Assembly (NCBI GenBank): GCA_964490845.1
Contig: CAZBED010000001.1
Location: forward strand, 486,650-550,649
Direction: 5' to 3'
Origin: an uncultured Chitinophagales bacterium
GTDB lineage: Bacteria > Bacteroidota > Bacteroidia > Chitinophagales > JADIYW01
Length of the DNA: 64,000 nt
Each line of letters opens with the position of its first letter. Positions within the stretch are counted from its first letter, which is position 1. Shown here piece by piece: positions 37,498 to 47,170 of this stretch. The notes under the pieces were generated by a model, which saw nothing but the letters and a program-made list of their open reading frames with translations, ran no database searches and was not told the DNA's origin. The position numbers were made by a program, and so were the translations under genes.

Positions 37498-37531
37498 GTC
37501 AACGGCTGACTGTCGACAGTCAGCCGTTGAC
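37498..37531 (+). terminator. perfect 34-nt palindrome / strong hairpin after secA (no U-tract)
   Basis: GTCAACGGCTGACTGTCGACAGTCAGCCGTTGAC. 15-bp stem with a TCGA loop. It begins 11 nt after the secA stop. Confidence 0.45.
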
Positions 37532-37547
37532 AGTAATATAAAAAGAT

Positions 37548-37982
37548 ATGAAATACATTATTACTGTGTACTGTCTGCTAATGACTGCATGCTTTGCTAA
37601 AGCGGCGGATAATGATACGACGCAGGTGGAAATCAACAACAATATCTTATTCTTCAAAGACCCACGGGTAGATGTGCTGCAAAAGATGTATATGCGCAAC
37701 AACGACGCTAAAAAGCAGGCTATTCGTGTGCAGGTTTTTCAGGCGACTTCCCGTGACAAGGTTTTTGAAGCCAAATCACAATTTTCCGCACGCTATCCCG
37801 GCATCCCTATTTTCATATCGTATGCATCTCCGAATTTCAAACTACGGGTAGGTGATTTCGCCACACAGCAGGAAGCGTTCAAGTTTATGCAGCAACTGAA
37901 ACCTTATTTTCCAGCCAGTTTCGTCATAGAAGAGAAAGCCAAAGATGATGAAGAGAAACCAAAAGCCAAGAAGACTAATTAA
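37548..37982 (+). CDS. SPOR domain-containing protein
   Basis: Signal peptide. The C-terminal segment RVQVFQATSRDKVFEAKSQFSARYPGIPIFISYASPNFKLRVGDFATQQEAFKFMQ is typical of the SPOR fold. Confidence 0.85.
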   Translation: MKYIITVYCLLMTACFAKAADNDTTQVEINNNILFFKDPRVDVLQKMYMRNNDAKKQAIRVQVFQATSRDKVFEAKSQFSARYPGIPIFISYASPNFKLRVGDFATQQEAFKFMQQLKPYFPASFVIEEKAKDDEEKPKAKKTN

Positions 37983-38007
37983 TATTATTTTTTCGGAGAA
38001 ATAAACG

Positions 38008-40128
38008 CTACTTTTTCACGCCTATTATCTTAAGTACATCCCAGATATTTCTGTACCAAAATTTCCATTTATTATTTTTCGCCTGCTCTTCTTCCCTTTC
38101 CCAAAAATGAAGACGGGAAACGGGATACAGATAGCCGAAATCATAAACGGTCTTACTCTTTTTTTGTGATGCTACATTGCTTACCGGAAACCGATAATTA
38201 TTTTCCTGTTCTTTCACCAGCGTCAGCGCTTTTTCTCTTGTTGATTTCGCATCGTCCAGGTAATGCTGAATGGAATTTTTAGTTTTATTAATTTTAGCAT
38301 AGCGATATGCAATCAGGTAAGACAATGTGCTTCGGCGATGTTGCGCACGAAGAGCGGTAATATCCAGGCTCAGCAACAGTTCATTGATTAGTTTATTGTT
38401 GGTGATGAAAGTATAATTCCGTCTCAGGTCATTATATTGATTTATAAATGTATCCAGCACATCCACATACTTTTTCTGCATAAATTCCAGTTCCGCTTTC
38501 GATGCCTTGTTCATAATGTGCTTATAAGCGTATTCCGGCCTCGGATGAAATTCCAGATTCAGCTTTCCGCCGATTTCATCTGTAATGGTTTGGGCCGTCA
38601 TTACTTTTATCAGTTGCTTATTTTTAATAAACTCCGTCTGCAATGTATTAGCTTTTTCTACAAAATCCAGTAAAGCAGTATCCTGAACGGCTGCCTGCAG
38701 GAATTCCAGCGCTGGATTTTTTTCAATTGCCGGCTGTTCATTTTTCCAGCACCACCGCGCGATGCTCCAGTCAATCAGCCAGTAATTCCATTCCATTCCT
38801 GACGTAAAGGTAAGATGCCCGTTGATACCCAATGAATCACAATACAGGATATCCTGCAGTCGTGCGTCCAGATAGGGTGACAAAAACATCGGCACTGAAT
38901 TATCAAATGTAATCCAGTAAGCTGACTCCGGAAAATACCAGGTGTCCCTGTATGCTTTGCTTTCTATCAACAAGTTTCTGAGGTGCGAAAAATCTTTATT
39001 GCGGTACACCGGTGTACTCGAATCCAGCAAACCATAAAACATGACGGTGTGCACAAACAAACTGTAGGCGCTATCCATATCCGTTCTGCCTGTTTTCATG
39101 GATTTTGAATTCGAAATCAAATTCTCATCTTTTACCACATGTTTTCTGCTTGTTAGCGTTACATGATATTTCGCGAGGCTGTCATACAAAAATTTTTGCT
39201 GGTCATGTAGTTTTTCCTGGTCTTTATGTGTGAATTCCGTCGTGGCGAACTCCACATTCCAGACATCCCAGTTTATCTGCATCAACGCAGAAATATTATC
39301 CAGTATCTGTTTGTGTTTTTTACGGAATGAAGCCGGAAAATTTTTATATAATTGAAATGCCCGCTGCTGTATCATATGAAACGACATATCCACACCGCAG
39401 ATAATACCGCGTTCATGCGCATAACCAACAATCGGTTTCATATACGGAATCCATGTGTTCAGCTTTATGCTGCGCAGCAAGTTGAACTCAAAATAATTCT
39501 GGCCGTTTCTGCACAACCAGTTGATATAAGCCTTCACTTCTTCCGCACCATCCGGTGTGTTCTCATTCAATAATGCTTCGGTAATCTCCAGCGGATGCAT
39601 CGCATGAACATGAAATCCGATTTTATCAAAACGAGGGGTTATTGTTTCTGAGAAAGTATCCGGGCTGTAGTCCGTCAAATCAGGAATGATGGTTTCCTTG
39701 GGATGATAAAACTGAAACCCCATATGTTGCTGCAAAAAATAATAAATACCGTTAGACAAGCCTTTTTCCGACAGCGAAGTGATGACTATCTGATGAATAC
39801 CATTTTGAATACCCGATGTTATAGAAAACTTCTGTGTCCTTTTGGTATTGGCCTCATATAAGCCTTTGTATGCAGATGTATCAACATCCAGATGAAATTT
39901 GATAGACGAGGTGACTGTACTGTCAGACTTATCGGTAATCTTTACGTTAGCTTGTTTCAGCAATATTACGGCATCTTCAATAGTATATGCCAACAAAACA
40001 GAAGTTGGAATGGCTGATTGGTCGAAGTATAGTTTACCGGCGAACAGAAAGAAGGAACAGCATACCAAAATCAGGCATAAAATGTATCGTGCTTGAGATA
40101 TCATGTTTTTTAAATTATTCCCGTACAA
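38008..40128 (-). CDS. large hypothetical membrane-anchored/secreted protein
   Basis: 706-aa ORF with an N-terminal hydrophobic segment. Same strand as PBP1A and 57 nt downstream of it. The alpha/beta N-domain followed by a barrel-like region is vaguely GH20-like, but I cannot support that. Confidence 0.75.
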   Translation of the reverse strand: MYGNNLKNMISQARYILCLILVCCSFFLFAGKLYFDQSAIPTSVLLAYTIEDAVILLKQANVKITDKSDSTVTSSIKFHLDVDTSAYKGLYEANTKRTQKFSITSGIQNGIHQIVITSLSEKGLSNGIYYFLQQHMGFQFYHPKETIIPDLTDYSPDTFSETITPRFDKIGFHVHAMHPLEITEALLNENTPDGAEEVKAYINWLCRNGQNYFEFNLLRSIKLNTWIPYMKPIVGYAHERGIICGVDMSFHMIQQRAFQLYKNFPASFRKKHKQILDNISALMQINWDVWNVEFATTEFTHKDQEKLHDQQKFLYDSLAKYHVTLTSRKHVVKDENLISNSKSMKTGRTDMDSAYSLFVHTVMFYGLLDSSTPVYRNKDFSHLRNLLIESKAYRDTWYFPESAYWITFDNSVPMFLSPYLDARLQDILYCDSLGINGHLTFTSGMEWNYWLIDWSIARWCWKNEQPAIEKNPALEFLQAAVQDTALLDFVEKANTLQTEFIKNKQLIKVMTAQTITDEIGGKLNLEFHPRPEYAYKHIMNKASKAELEFMQKKYVDVLDTFINQYNDLRRNYTFITNNKLINELLLSLDITALRAQHRRSTLSYLIAYRYAKINKTKNSIQHYLDDAKSTREKALTLVKEQENNYRFPVSNVASQKKSKTVYDFGYLYPVSRLHFWEREEEQAKNNKWKFWYRNIWDVLKIIGVKK

Positions 40129-40185
40129 ACCATATTAAGCCTGTTTAATCAGATTATTTTTCATAAAAGCTATGGAATCATGCGT

Positions 40186-42429
40186 TTAATACTCAGAGTC
40201 CGGCGCTTCCTCGTCCACCTGTCCCCAGTTGCCCGTATTACCACCGCTGATGAGTACGTCGCCGCCTTCTTCACAGATATTTTTCACCAGTGAGGAGTCG
40301 GAAGGTGCAAAGAATTTAGCGTTTTTATTCAGTTTCAATTTGGGGTCGCTGTATGCTTTCTGCATAAACATTCCCCATACCGGCATCGCCGCATGCCCGC
40401 CCTGACCTGTACTGGTATACAGAAAACGTAACAAGGGGTCATCACATCCCACCCAAACTCCGGCAAGCAATTCGGGTGTAAAACCGATGAACCAGGCATC
40501 CGTATTTTTGTTGGTTGTCCCGGTTTTTCCGCCCACATCAGCAGGATAGGAAAAATAGGCGCGCAAACCCGCAGCCGTACCGCCCGGTGAAACAGGTCCT
40601 TTCATAATCTGACACATCTTGTACGCAGTATTGTCATTAAAAACTTCTTTCATTTCAGTGGTAAAATTCTGGATAATATTGCCATCCTTGTCTTCGATAC
40701 GCAAAAGGTATTGTGGTTTAGTGCTGATACCCGCATTCACAAAAGTCGAATAGACTGTCATCATCTCGTATAAGGAAACTTCCCCGGCACCCAGGCAGAT
40801 TGAAGGCACAGTTGGAATTTTGGAGGTGATACCCATTTTATGTGATAAATCCACCAATGCTTCAGGTCCGAAATTTTTCATCATGTATGCCGCAGCGGTA
40901 TTGATGGAATGCGCCAGACAAACTTTCATCGGATAGGCACCGCCGAAGCGTCCTGAATTTTTTGGCTGCCAAACCTGTCCCTGATAGGTAACCGTAATCG
41001 GGCCTGTTGGAATATTCATACAGGGTGACCAGCCGTTATCTACTGCCAGTGCATATTGCACCGGTTTAAAGGTAGAGCCTACCTGTCGCTTCGTATTGAC
41101 ATTGCAGTGGTCGTATTTAAAATGTTCAAAATTAGGTCCCCCAACCCATGCACGAACGTATCCTGTATAGGGTTCAACCACCATTACACCAATCTGCAAA
41201 AAGGACTTATAATACTTAACAGAATCCCATGGCGTCAGCGTGGTGTCTCTCATACCACGATAGGTAAAGACTTTCATCTTCTTTTTTTCCGTCTGGAAAT
41301 TTTTCAGAATTTCATCATTAGACAATCCCTGTTCTTTCAGGGCTACCCACCTGTCTGTGTACTTACAGGCAGTTTCGAGGATATGTTTGCCGTCTTTTGT
41401 GCCCCAGGGATTCCATCCTGCAGTAAACTGCGCTTTGAAAATATTCTGATAACGGGTCAGGTGCTGGATAGCCGCTTCTTCTGCGTACTTCTGCATCCGT
41501 GTATTGATGGTAGTATAAATTTTCAGTCCATCCGTATATATGTTATAAGACTCGCCATTCGGTTTCTTATTTTCCTTCGCCCATTTTTTCAGTTCTTCCG
41601 CAAGCACCATCCTGAAATAAGGCGCCAGGCCGTCGTTAGCCGATTCCGGATGAAAATCAAGTTCTATCGGTTTATCTTTCAACGCTTCAAACTGAGCAGG
41701 AGTGATATCACCATTATCCATCAGCTTACGCAAAACCGTAGCTCTGCGGTCGCGGGTTCTTTTCTCAAACCTTCTCGGATTATAATATGCCGGGTTTTGC
41801 AGCATCCCGACAAACATGGCAGCCTCTTCTATCTTTAGTTCATTGGGTTTTTTGTTAAAATAAACCCTGGAGGCGCTCTCAATCCCAACGGCGTTATTGA
41901 CAAAATCAAAGGTGTTAAAATACATCGCAATGATTTCGTCTTTGGTATAGCGACGCTCAAGCATCACGGCAATCACATACTCCTTAGCTTTCTGGAAAAT
42001 ACGCTGCACAATATTTCTGGCTCTGTTGTGAAACATGTTTTTAGCCAGCTGCTGTGTAATGGTACTTCCTCCACCGTCTTTTCCCAGCGTGACAATCGCA
42101 CGAAGTGTTCCCTTCAGGTCAATGCCGGAATGGTCATAAAAACGTTCGTCTTCATTGGCTACCAGTGCCTTTACCAGAATGGGTGGCAACTGCTCATAAG
42201 CGATATTACTTCTGTTGTCTACATAATATTTTCCGATTAAAACGGAATCTGCCGAAATGATTTTGGAGGACAAATTGGCGGATGGATTTTCGAGTTCATC
42301 AAAACTTGGCAGGCGGCCAAAAAGACCGATGCGCACCAGCAGGAAAAATACCATTATACTCAGTACACCGAAACCGAAGAGTTTCCATAAGTTTTTGGGT
42401 TCTTTGAACCACTGAATTCCTGCGCTCAT
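40186..42429 (-). CDS. mrcA: penicillin-binding protein 1A (bifunctional transglycosylase/transpeptidase)
   Basis: GT51 motifs EDERFYDHSGID and GGSTITQQLAKN. Transpeptidase motifs STFKP and KTGTTN. Confidence 0.95.
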   Translation of the reverse strand: MSAGIQWFKEPKNLWKLFGFGVLSIMVFFLLVRIGLFGRLPSFDELENPSANLSSKIISADSVLIGKYYVDNRSNIAYEQLPPILVKALVANEDERFYDHSGIDLKGTLRAIVTLGKDGGGSTITQQLAKNMFHNRARNIVQRIFQKAKEYVIAVMLERRYTKDEIIAMYFNTFDFVNNAVGIESASRVYFNKKPNELKIEEAAMFVGMLQNPAYYNPRRFEKRTRDRRATVLRKLMDNGDITPAQFEALKDKPIELDFHPESANDGLAPYFRMVLAEELKKWAKENKKPNGESYNIYTDGLKIYTTINTRMQKYAEEAAIQHLTRYQNIFKAQFTAGWNPWGTKDGKHILETACKYTDRWVALKEQGLSNDEILKNFQTEKKKMKVFTYRGMRDTTLTPWDSVKYYKSFLQIGVMVVEPYTGYVRAWVGGPNFEHFKYDHCNVNTKRQVGSTFKPVQYALAVDNGWSPCMNIPTGPITVTYQGQVWQPKNSGRFGGAYPMKVCLAHSINTAAAYMMKNFGPEALVDLSHKMGITSKIPTVPSICLGAGEVSLYEMMTVYSTFVNAGISTKPQYLLRIEDKDGNIIQNFTTEMKEVFNDNTAYKMCQIMKGPVSPGGTAAGLRAYFSYPADVGGKTGTTNKNTDAWFIGFTPELLAGVWVGCDDPLLRFLYTSTGQGGHAAMPVWGMFMQKAYSDPKLKLNKNAKFFAPSDSSLVKNICEEGGDVLISGGNTGNWGQVDEEAPDSEY

Positions 42430-45400
42430 TATTTCAAATAATTTTCAATATAATACCTGGAATACCTGTCTAAATCAATTTGGTTTTTAATCAGCCTGAA
42501 ATTAGCAGGTGCAATAATGAAATAATCCACTTTATTCAAATCATTATCTCCGACAATGGAAGGTGCATTGATCTGTAAGGCATCGTAATAATTCTTAGCA
42601 TCCGAAATACCATCAAATTTTTTCATTTGCAGCAATGTAAATCCATCCATAAAGAATGGGTTCACCTTGATTTTAAAATTGTCAAATTTCGTCTTATTAA
42701 ACTTGTTGACTTTGGCAACTACCGCCTGAACATTTACATATTTTTCCTTGAGCTGCAACAACACAAAGATGTTCGTCGTATCATAAATAAACTTCTCCGA
42801 GATGGTATCTTTAGGAAGCGGAACGGTATCCGTTCTGACTACAGGAGCTGCTGTCGTATCATTAATGTGGCTTTCGAACTGAATATAGGCAATCAGGTAT
42901 TCCTGGGCTTTCTGTCTGATATCACCTTCTTTGTATTTGGTAATAATGTCGGAGAGCGATCGTTTGTATGCATCATACTGTTTGGTCTTTCCGTACGACA
43001 CTGCTTCGAGGAATTCAAACTGCGGAATTTCAAAAGAAGAAGGATATTTTGTCTTCGCAATAAATTTGTTCTTTATCACCTGGTTGTAATCACCATCCAG
43101 GAACAGCTGATAGGTAGAAGCATACAAACGCGCCGAAGTTTCTCCTTCCGCATCCTCGGTCGGTTTTTTCCCCTGGTTTTTCAAAACTTCGGCAACATCG
43201 CTGAGCGGGTAATTCTGCAGGATATATTGTTTTTCCTTTTCCGCTAATCCCTGCAAATTCTTATCCAGATAAATCAGGTATTGATAATAATGTGCTTTCG
43301 CGTCGTATTCGCTGTTGGGAAACCTGCGAGTGAGTTCATCAAATGCCTGTTTGGATTTCGGAAGGTTGTTCAGCTTGTTTTTAAAAATTTCTCCATTTCC
43401 AAAAAGGGCATTGGCGATTTTTGCATCCGACCGGATAAAGTCTTCCGGAGATTTGGGTATGGCCAGGCTGTCAGAAACTGCGGCTGCAACTACTTTGCCT
43501 TTCTCTTTCCCCTTCTCCGCTGTTGCCGTTGCAACTGTATCTGTATTATTATTTATCGCCTGCAAATCATCAAAAAATAATGATTTATTACTTCTGCGCC
43601 AGTTGTCTTCGAGTTTTCTGTCACCCCAGAGCCGGATAAAGTCATTATACCCTTTACTTTTGGATTCCGGATTATAGAAATACCACAATCCGTTTGAAAT
43701 GGCATCTTCCGGCACGAATGCTGCAGGTGCCGATGAACCGTTGTCTGCCGATTCCGAACTGAATCTGGATTTCTTCTTTTCTTCCTTTTCCTGTTTCGCT
43801 TTCACTGCTGCCAGAAATTTATCCAGGTCTTTCGGATTCATTTTTCCTAATCGCTGCAGGCTATCTTCCACCATGATGATTTTAGTGTTTTGTGCCAGTT
43901 CTGCCAGTGTACTTTTTCTGCTGACGATGGCATCATATCCTTCCATAGTAGCGGGCAAATACACGATAGCACTGTCATAATAAACAGCAGCCTGCGCATA
44001 ATCTTCCTTGTCGTAATAAATCTCACCCAAACGCAAATAGGATTTCCCTTTCTGTTCCCTGTTAACAACAGATTTGCTGATGGATTTTTGCAGATACGCT
44101 ATCGTGTTAGCCGTATCCTTGTTGAAGTAATAATAATTAGCGATGGTGTATAACACTTCATCCGCATGGTCTTTATTCTTACCAAAACGAATCAGTTTGG
44201 TAAGCATCTTTACAATATCCTGGTCAGCTAAATCAGGATGATGGCCGTACAATTTAGCCAGCTGGATTTGTGCAAACAGATTCAGTTCTTCCGTTTTGGT
44301 ATACTTTCCCGCTTTTACAAAATAATCGACCGCATCTGCCGGCTGGTCATTCTTTTCATACAGTTGTGCTAAAATATATTCGTAATAGGCTTTTTCTTTT
44401 TTCTTTTTGAAATAGAGCATGGCATTCTCCAATTCTTCAATAGCCGGAGAGAAGTCGTTTCTGCGAATATTGTAATAGGCATCAATCAGATAAAATTCGC
44501 GGCGCTGTTTATTCGTTAGCTTGCGCAACGATTTACCGTAAGAAATCATACTTTTGGCATCCGCGTAATTTCCTAATTCTATCAGGTTTTTGGACATCCA
44601 GACGATGGCTTCCGGCCTGGATGGTTTATGCTTTATCTTTTCCCAAAAAGTCAGTTTATCAAATTTTGCCTCCTGTTTAGCCGTTAAAGCGTCCAATGGT
44701 TTCTGATTTTCCCGTTTAGCGGTGGAATCCACATAGTAAGGATTCTTCACATATTGGTCTCCCATCATAACATATGGAAGTTTGCTGTCAAAATTCGGCT
44801 TTTCCGTTTTCTTCACTGTCGGATTCAGTTTTACCACCGATGAATCCATGGCGGCAGATTTCCCTTTTGCTTTCGCAATCAGGTCTGCCGGAATTTTTTT
44901 GCCTTTTTTCTGTAGTTCGATTATCTTTTTCTTGGCTTTAATAATCTCTTCAATTTCCTTTCGCTTCTTGTCTATCGCCGCCTGTTGTTTTTCCCTGGCA
45001 TCTTCGGCTTTTTGTTTGGCCTCCTCCTGTTGTTTTTTGTATTGGAATTCAATAATCTTTTTCTTCTCCCCTGCCTGCTTTGCCAGTTCTTTCTGGCGCT
45101 GACGGATGTATTTCAAACGGTCCTTATTGCTGAACTCAAGTTTATAATTCATCTTGCCCGGCTTCATTGTCGTAACGATATACTGGAACGTAACTAAAGA
45201 CGTGTCATACTGTTTGCGCAGAAACTGGGATTTACCCAACAACAGATAGGCATTATCACGCCAGCGGCTATAGTCATGCAACTGCAAAACTATACCCGTT
45301 TTTTTGGCAACAGTTTCCAGTTCTGTGGTATATTGTGAAAAGTCGGCATCGTCGTGGTAATAGAATGGCAGGAGTTTATTATAGTCGTATTTTCGCTGAA

Positions 45401-45611
45401 ACTGATAATTGAAAACCAACTCTTTGTACAATTCATTGGCATTGAAATAATAATTGTTGCGTGTGGTCAAATCACCCCATGCCCGTTTTATAATATTGGG
45501 TTTTTCGTATTGCGATTGTGTTTTCTTCTTTTTATCTGCAAACGACAGCCCTGTAAAAAAGCAAACACAACCTAAGAGAAGAAACAATTTTTTGACCGTA
45601 TATAAACGCAT
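42429..45611 (-). CDS. porW: TPR-repeat lipoprotein, PorW/SprE-like (T9SS/gliding associated)
   Basis: Lipobox-like LLLGC. N-terminal KRAWGDLTTRNNYYFNANE resembles the conserved SprE/PorW N-terminal motif as I recall it. Multiple TPR-like helices and a Lys/Glu-rich coiled coil. 1060 aa. Confidence 0.6.
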   Translation of the reverse strand: MRLYTVKKLFLLLGCVCFFTGLSFADKKKKTQSQYEKPNIIKRAWGDLTTRNNYYFNANELYKELVFNYQFQRKYDYNKLLPFYYHDDADFSQYTTELETVAKKTGIVLQLHDYSRWRDNAYLLLGKSQFLRKQYDTSLVTFQYIVTTMKPGKMNYKLEFSNKDRLKYIRQRQKELAKQAGEKKKIIEFQYKKQQEEAKQKAEDAREKQQAAIDKKRKEIEEIIKAKKKIIELQKKGKKIPADLIAKAKGKSAAMDSSVVKLNPTVKKTEKPNFDSKLPYVMMGDQYVKNPYYVDSTAKRENQKPLDALTAKQEAKFDKLTFWEKIKHKPSRPEAIVWMSKNLIELGNYADAKSMISYGKSLRKLTNKQRREFYLIDAYYNIRRNDFSPAIEELENAMLYFKKKKEKAYYEYILAQLYEKNDQPADAVDYFVKAGKYTKTEELNLFAQIQLAKLYGHHPDLADQDIVKMLTKLIRFGKNKDHADEVLYTIANYYYFNKDTANTIAYLQKSISKSVVNREQKGKSYLRLGEIYYDKEDYAQAAVYYDSAIVYLPATMEGYDAIVSRKSTLAELAQNTKIIMVEDSLQRLGKMNPKDLDKFLAAVKAKQEKEEKKKSRFSSESADNGSSAPAAFVPEDAISNGLWYFYNPESKSKGYNDFIRLWGDRKLEDNWRRSNKSLFFDDLQAINNNTDTVATATAEKGKEKGKVVAAAVSDSLAIPKSPEDFIRSDAKIANALFGNGEIFKNKLNNLPKSKQAFDELTRRFPNSEYDAKAHYYQYLIYLDKNLQGLAEKEKQYILQNYPLSDVAEVLKNQGKKPTEDAEGETSARLYASTYQLFLDGDYNQVIKNKFIAKTKYPSSFEIPQFEFLEAVSYGKTKQYDAYKRSLSDIITKYKEGDIRQKAQEYLIAYIQFESHINDTTAAPVVRTDTVPLPKDTISEKFIYDTTNIFVLLQLKEKYVNVQAVVAKVNKFNKTKFDNFKIKVNPFFMDGFTLLQMKKFDGISDAKNYYDALQINAPSIVGDNDLNKVDYFIIAPANFRLIKNQIDLDRYSRYYIENYLK

Positions 45612-45693
45612 GCTCGTTTTAATTCCTTAATTTTAACGCAATTTCTTAAATTTATTTTACTTATTCGAGTGAAATTGATTTAATTCATTCACA

Positions 45694-46560
45694 ATGTCGT
45701 TAAAAAAACCGGATTGGAGCAAGTGGCGTGAAAAGCTGAAGGACGTGTATCGCTTCCAGATTGTAGATGAAAAACACTATGATGTCAAACTGGTATTAGA
45801 ACTTAACCGCCTGAATGTGATAGTAGTAGGTGGATTACTCCTCGCATTTTTCACCTTTATCAACTTTCTGTTCATTTCATTTACCCCACTCAAACAATAT
45901 GTTCCCGGTTACGGTACCTCATCCGGCAGAAGCGAGGTAATCAACATGAATATCAAGACGCAGGAACTGGAACGCAAGTTGAATGCTCATCAGAAATACG
46001 TTCAAAACCTGCAAAACATCCTTAATGACAAGGTCGTGGTCGATGCCGTCACCACTCCGTCAAAAAAGTCGAAAGTGGATAGCGGCATATTGAGTATAAA
46101 AACAACTGACGAGGCCGAGTTTGTAAAAAAGATGGAAAAGGGGCTGCAAAATGCCGAGTTAATGGAATCAGTCCGGGATACCAAAACGAGCATCTTTAGT
46201 AATCTTCAACTGCAAAAGCCGGTTTCGGGAAAAATAATCAGTTCCTTTGACCCGAATACCTCTGCAGGAACTACTATGGAAGCCGGCGCTAATGAGGCGG
46301 TCAAAGCAATATTGTCGGGCAATGTCATTTTTACGGGAAGTTCCCCCACGGATGGCATTTACATTGCAGTTCAGGCTGAAAACCAGCTGGTTTACATCTT
46401 AAAAAATAACCAACAAGTGTTAAAGAAAACAGGTAACTTTGTACAGATGGGCGAAACCATTGCGAATGCAGGTAAAATAAGTCCCTCCGGGAAATACGGC
46501 TCTGTTCTGGAACTCTGGTACAAAGGGCAGCCGATTGACCCCGCTAAATTCTTAAAATAA
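45694..46560 (+). CDS. membrane-anchored LytM (M23) domain protein, catalytically degenerate
   Basis: TM segment, coiled coil, then a C-terminal M23 fold (PVSGKIISSFDP...GETIANAGK...LELWYKGQPIDP). The HxxxD and HxH metal ligands are all replaced. Confidence 0.8.
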   Translation: MSLKKPDWSKWREKLKDVYRFQIVDEKHYDVKLVLELNRLNVIVVGGLLLAFFTFINFLFISFTPLKQYVPGYGTSSGRSEVINMNIKTQELERKLNAHQKYVQNLQNILNDKVVVDAVTTPSKKSKVDSGILSIKTTDEAEFVKKMEKGLQNAELMESVRDTKTSIFSNLQLQKPVSGKIISSFDPNTSAGTTMEAGANEAVKAILSGNVIFTGSSPTDGIYIAVQAENQLVYILKNNQQVLKKTGNFVQMGETIANAGKISPSGKYGSVLELWYKGQPIDPAKFLK

Positions 46561-46566
46561 AATTGT

Positions 46567-46989
46567 ATGTTTTCAAGAGGTACTACAAAAAACGGAGAAA
46601 CAATGGTGGCCAACAGGATTAACGAAGGCACAATTATTTCAGGAGATATATCTGCACAAACCGATATCCGGCTGGACGGAACCATTATGGGCAATATCCT
46701 CTGCTCATCGAAAGTAGTGATAGGCAGCAATGCGCATATCACGGGACACATCACCTGCAACGACCTGACCATCGAAGGACGTGTGGACGGCAACCTGGAG
46801 GTAAACGGCACGCTTTTCTTCCGTTCAGAGTCCGTTTTTGACGGTGATGTTAAATACAAAAAACTGATTGTTGAAGAGGGCGCCAACATTACCGGCTCAC
46901 TGGTGAATACCAATGCCGTAACCAAGCCAATTCAGCAAACCTCACACCATGGAGAAACCAACACCCCCTACCAACAAACAGCAGGCTAA
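46567..46989 (+). CDS. bactofilin family cytoskeletal protein
   Basis: Beta-helix repeats GTIISGDISAQTDIRLDGTIMGNILCSSKVVIGSNAHITGHITCNDLTIEGRVDGNLEV... Confidence 0.9.
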   Translation: MFSRGTTKNGETMVANRINEGTIISGDISAQTDIRLDGTIMGNILCSSKVVIGSNAHITGHITCNDLTIEGRVDGNLEVNGTLFFRSESVFDGDVKYKKLIVEEGANITGSLVNTNAVTKPIQQTSHHGETNTPYQQTAG

Positions 46990-47170
46990 AAACTGGGTGG
47001 TATATTCCGGGATGGCCTTCGAAATGTTCGCCATCATCGGAGTGTTTACGGGTATCGGTTTTTTTCTGGATAAACAATTTCACACCCAGCCGATTTTGAT
47101 TCTCCTGTTTTTATTCATCGGATTAGCCGCCGCATTCTATCGCATTTATAAACAATTCAGCTCTCCATGA
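46949..47170 (+). CDS. AtpZ/AtpI family small membrane protein
   Basis: NWVVYSGMAFEMFAIIGVFTGIGFFLDKQF...; two TM segments; overlaps the bactofilin 3' end by 41 nt. Confidence 0.7.
   Translation: MEKPTPPTNKQQAKNWVVYSGMAFEMFAIIGVFTGIGFFLDKQFHTQPILILLFLFIGLAAAFYRIYKQFSSP

Noticed and set aside
41056-41838. 260-aa plus-strand ORF
   Set aside because: Antisense to the PBP1A gene, whose GT51 and transpeptidase motifs are unambiguous. The ORF translation is Arg/Phe/Ile-rich, as expected from antisense reading.
42627-43247. 206-aa plus-strand ORF, plus several others between 43281 and 45575
   Set aside because: All are antisense to the 1060-aa TPR lipoprotein gene and are products of its Lys/Glu-rich codon bias.
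44782-45102. Repetitive-looking DNA (runs of ctt/ttt/gcc motifs)
   Set aside because: It encodes the Lys/Glu/Gln-rich coiled-coil segment of the PorW/SprE-like protein. It is compositional and not a tandem repeat or CRISPR-like array.
46392-46925. 177-aa minus-strand ORF
   Set aside because: Antisense to the LytM-like and bactofilin genes, both of which have clear family signatures.
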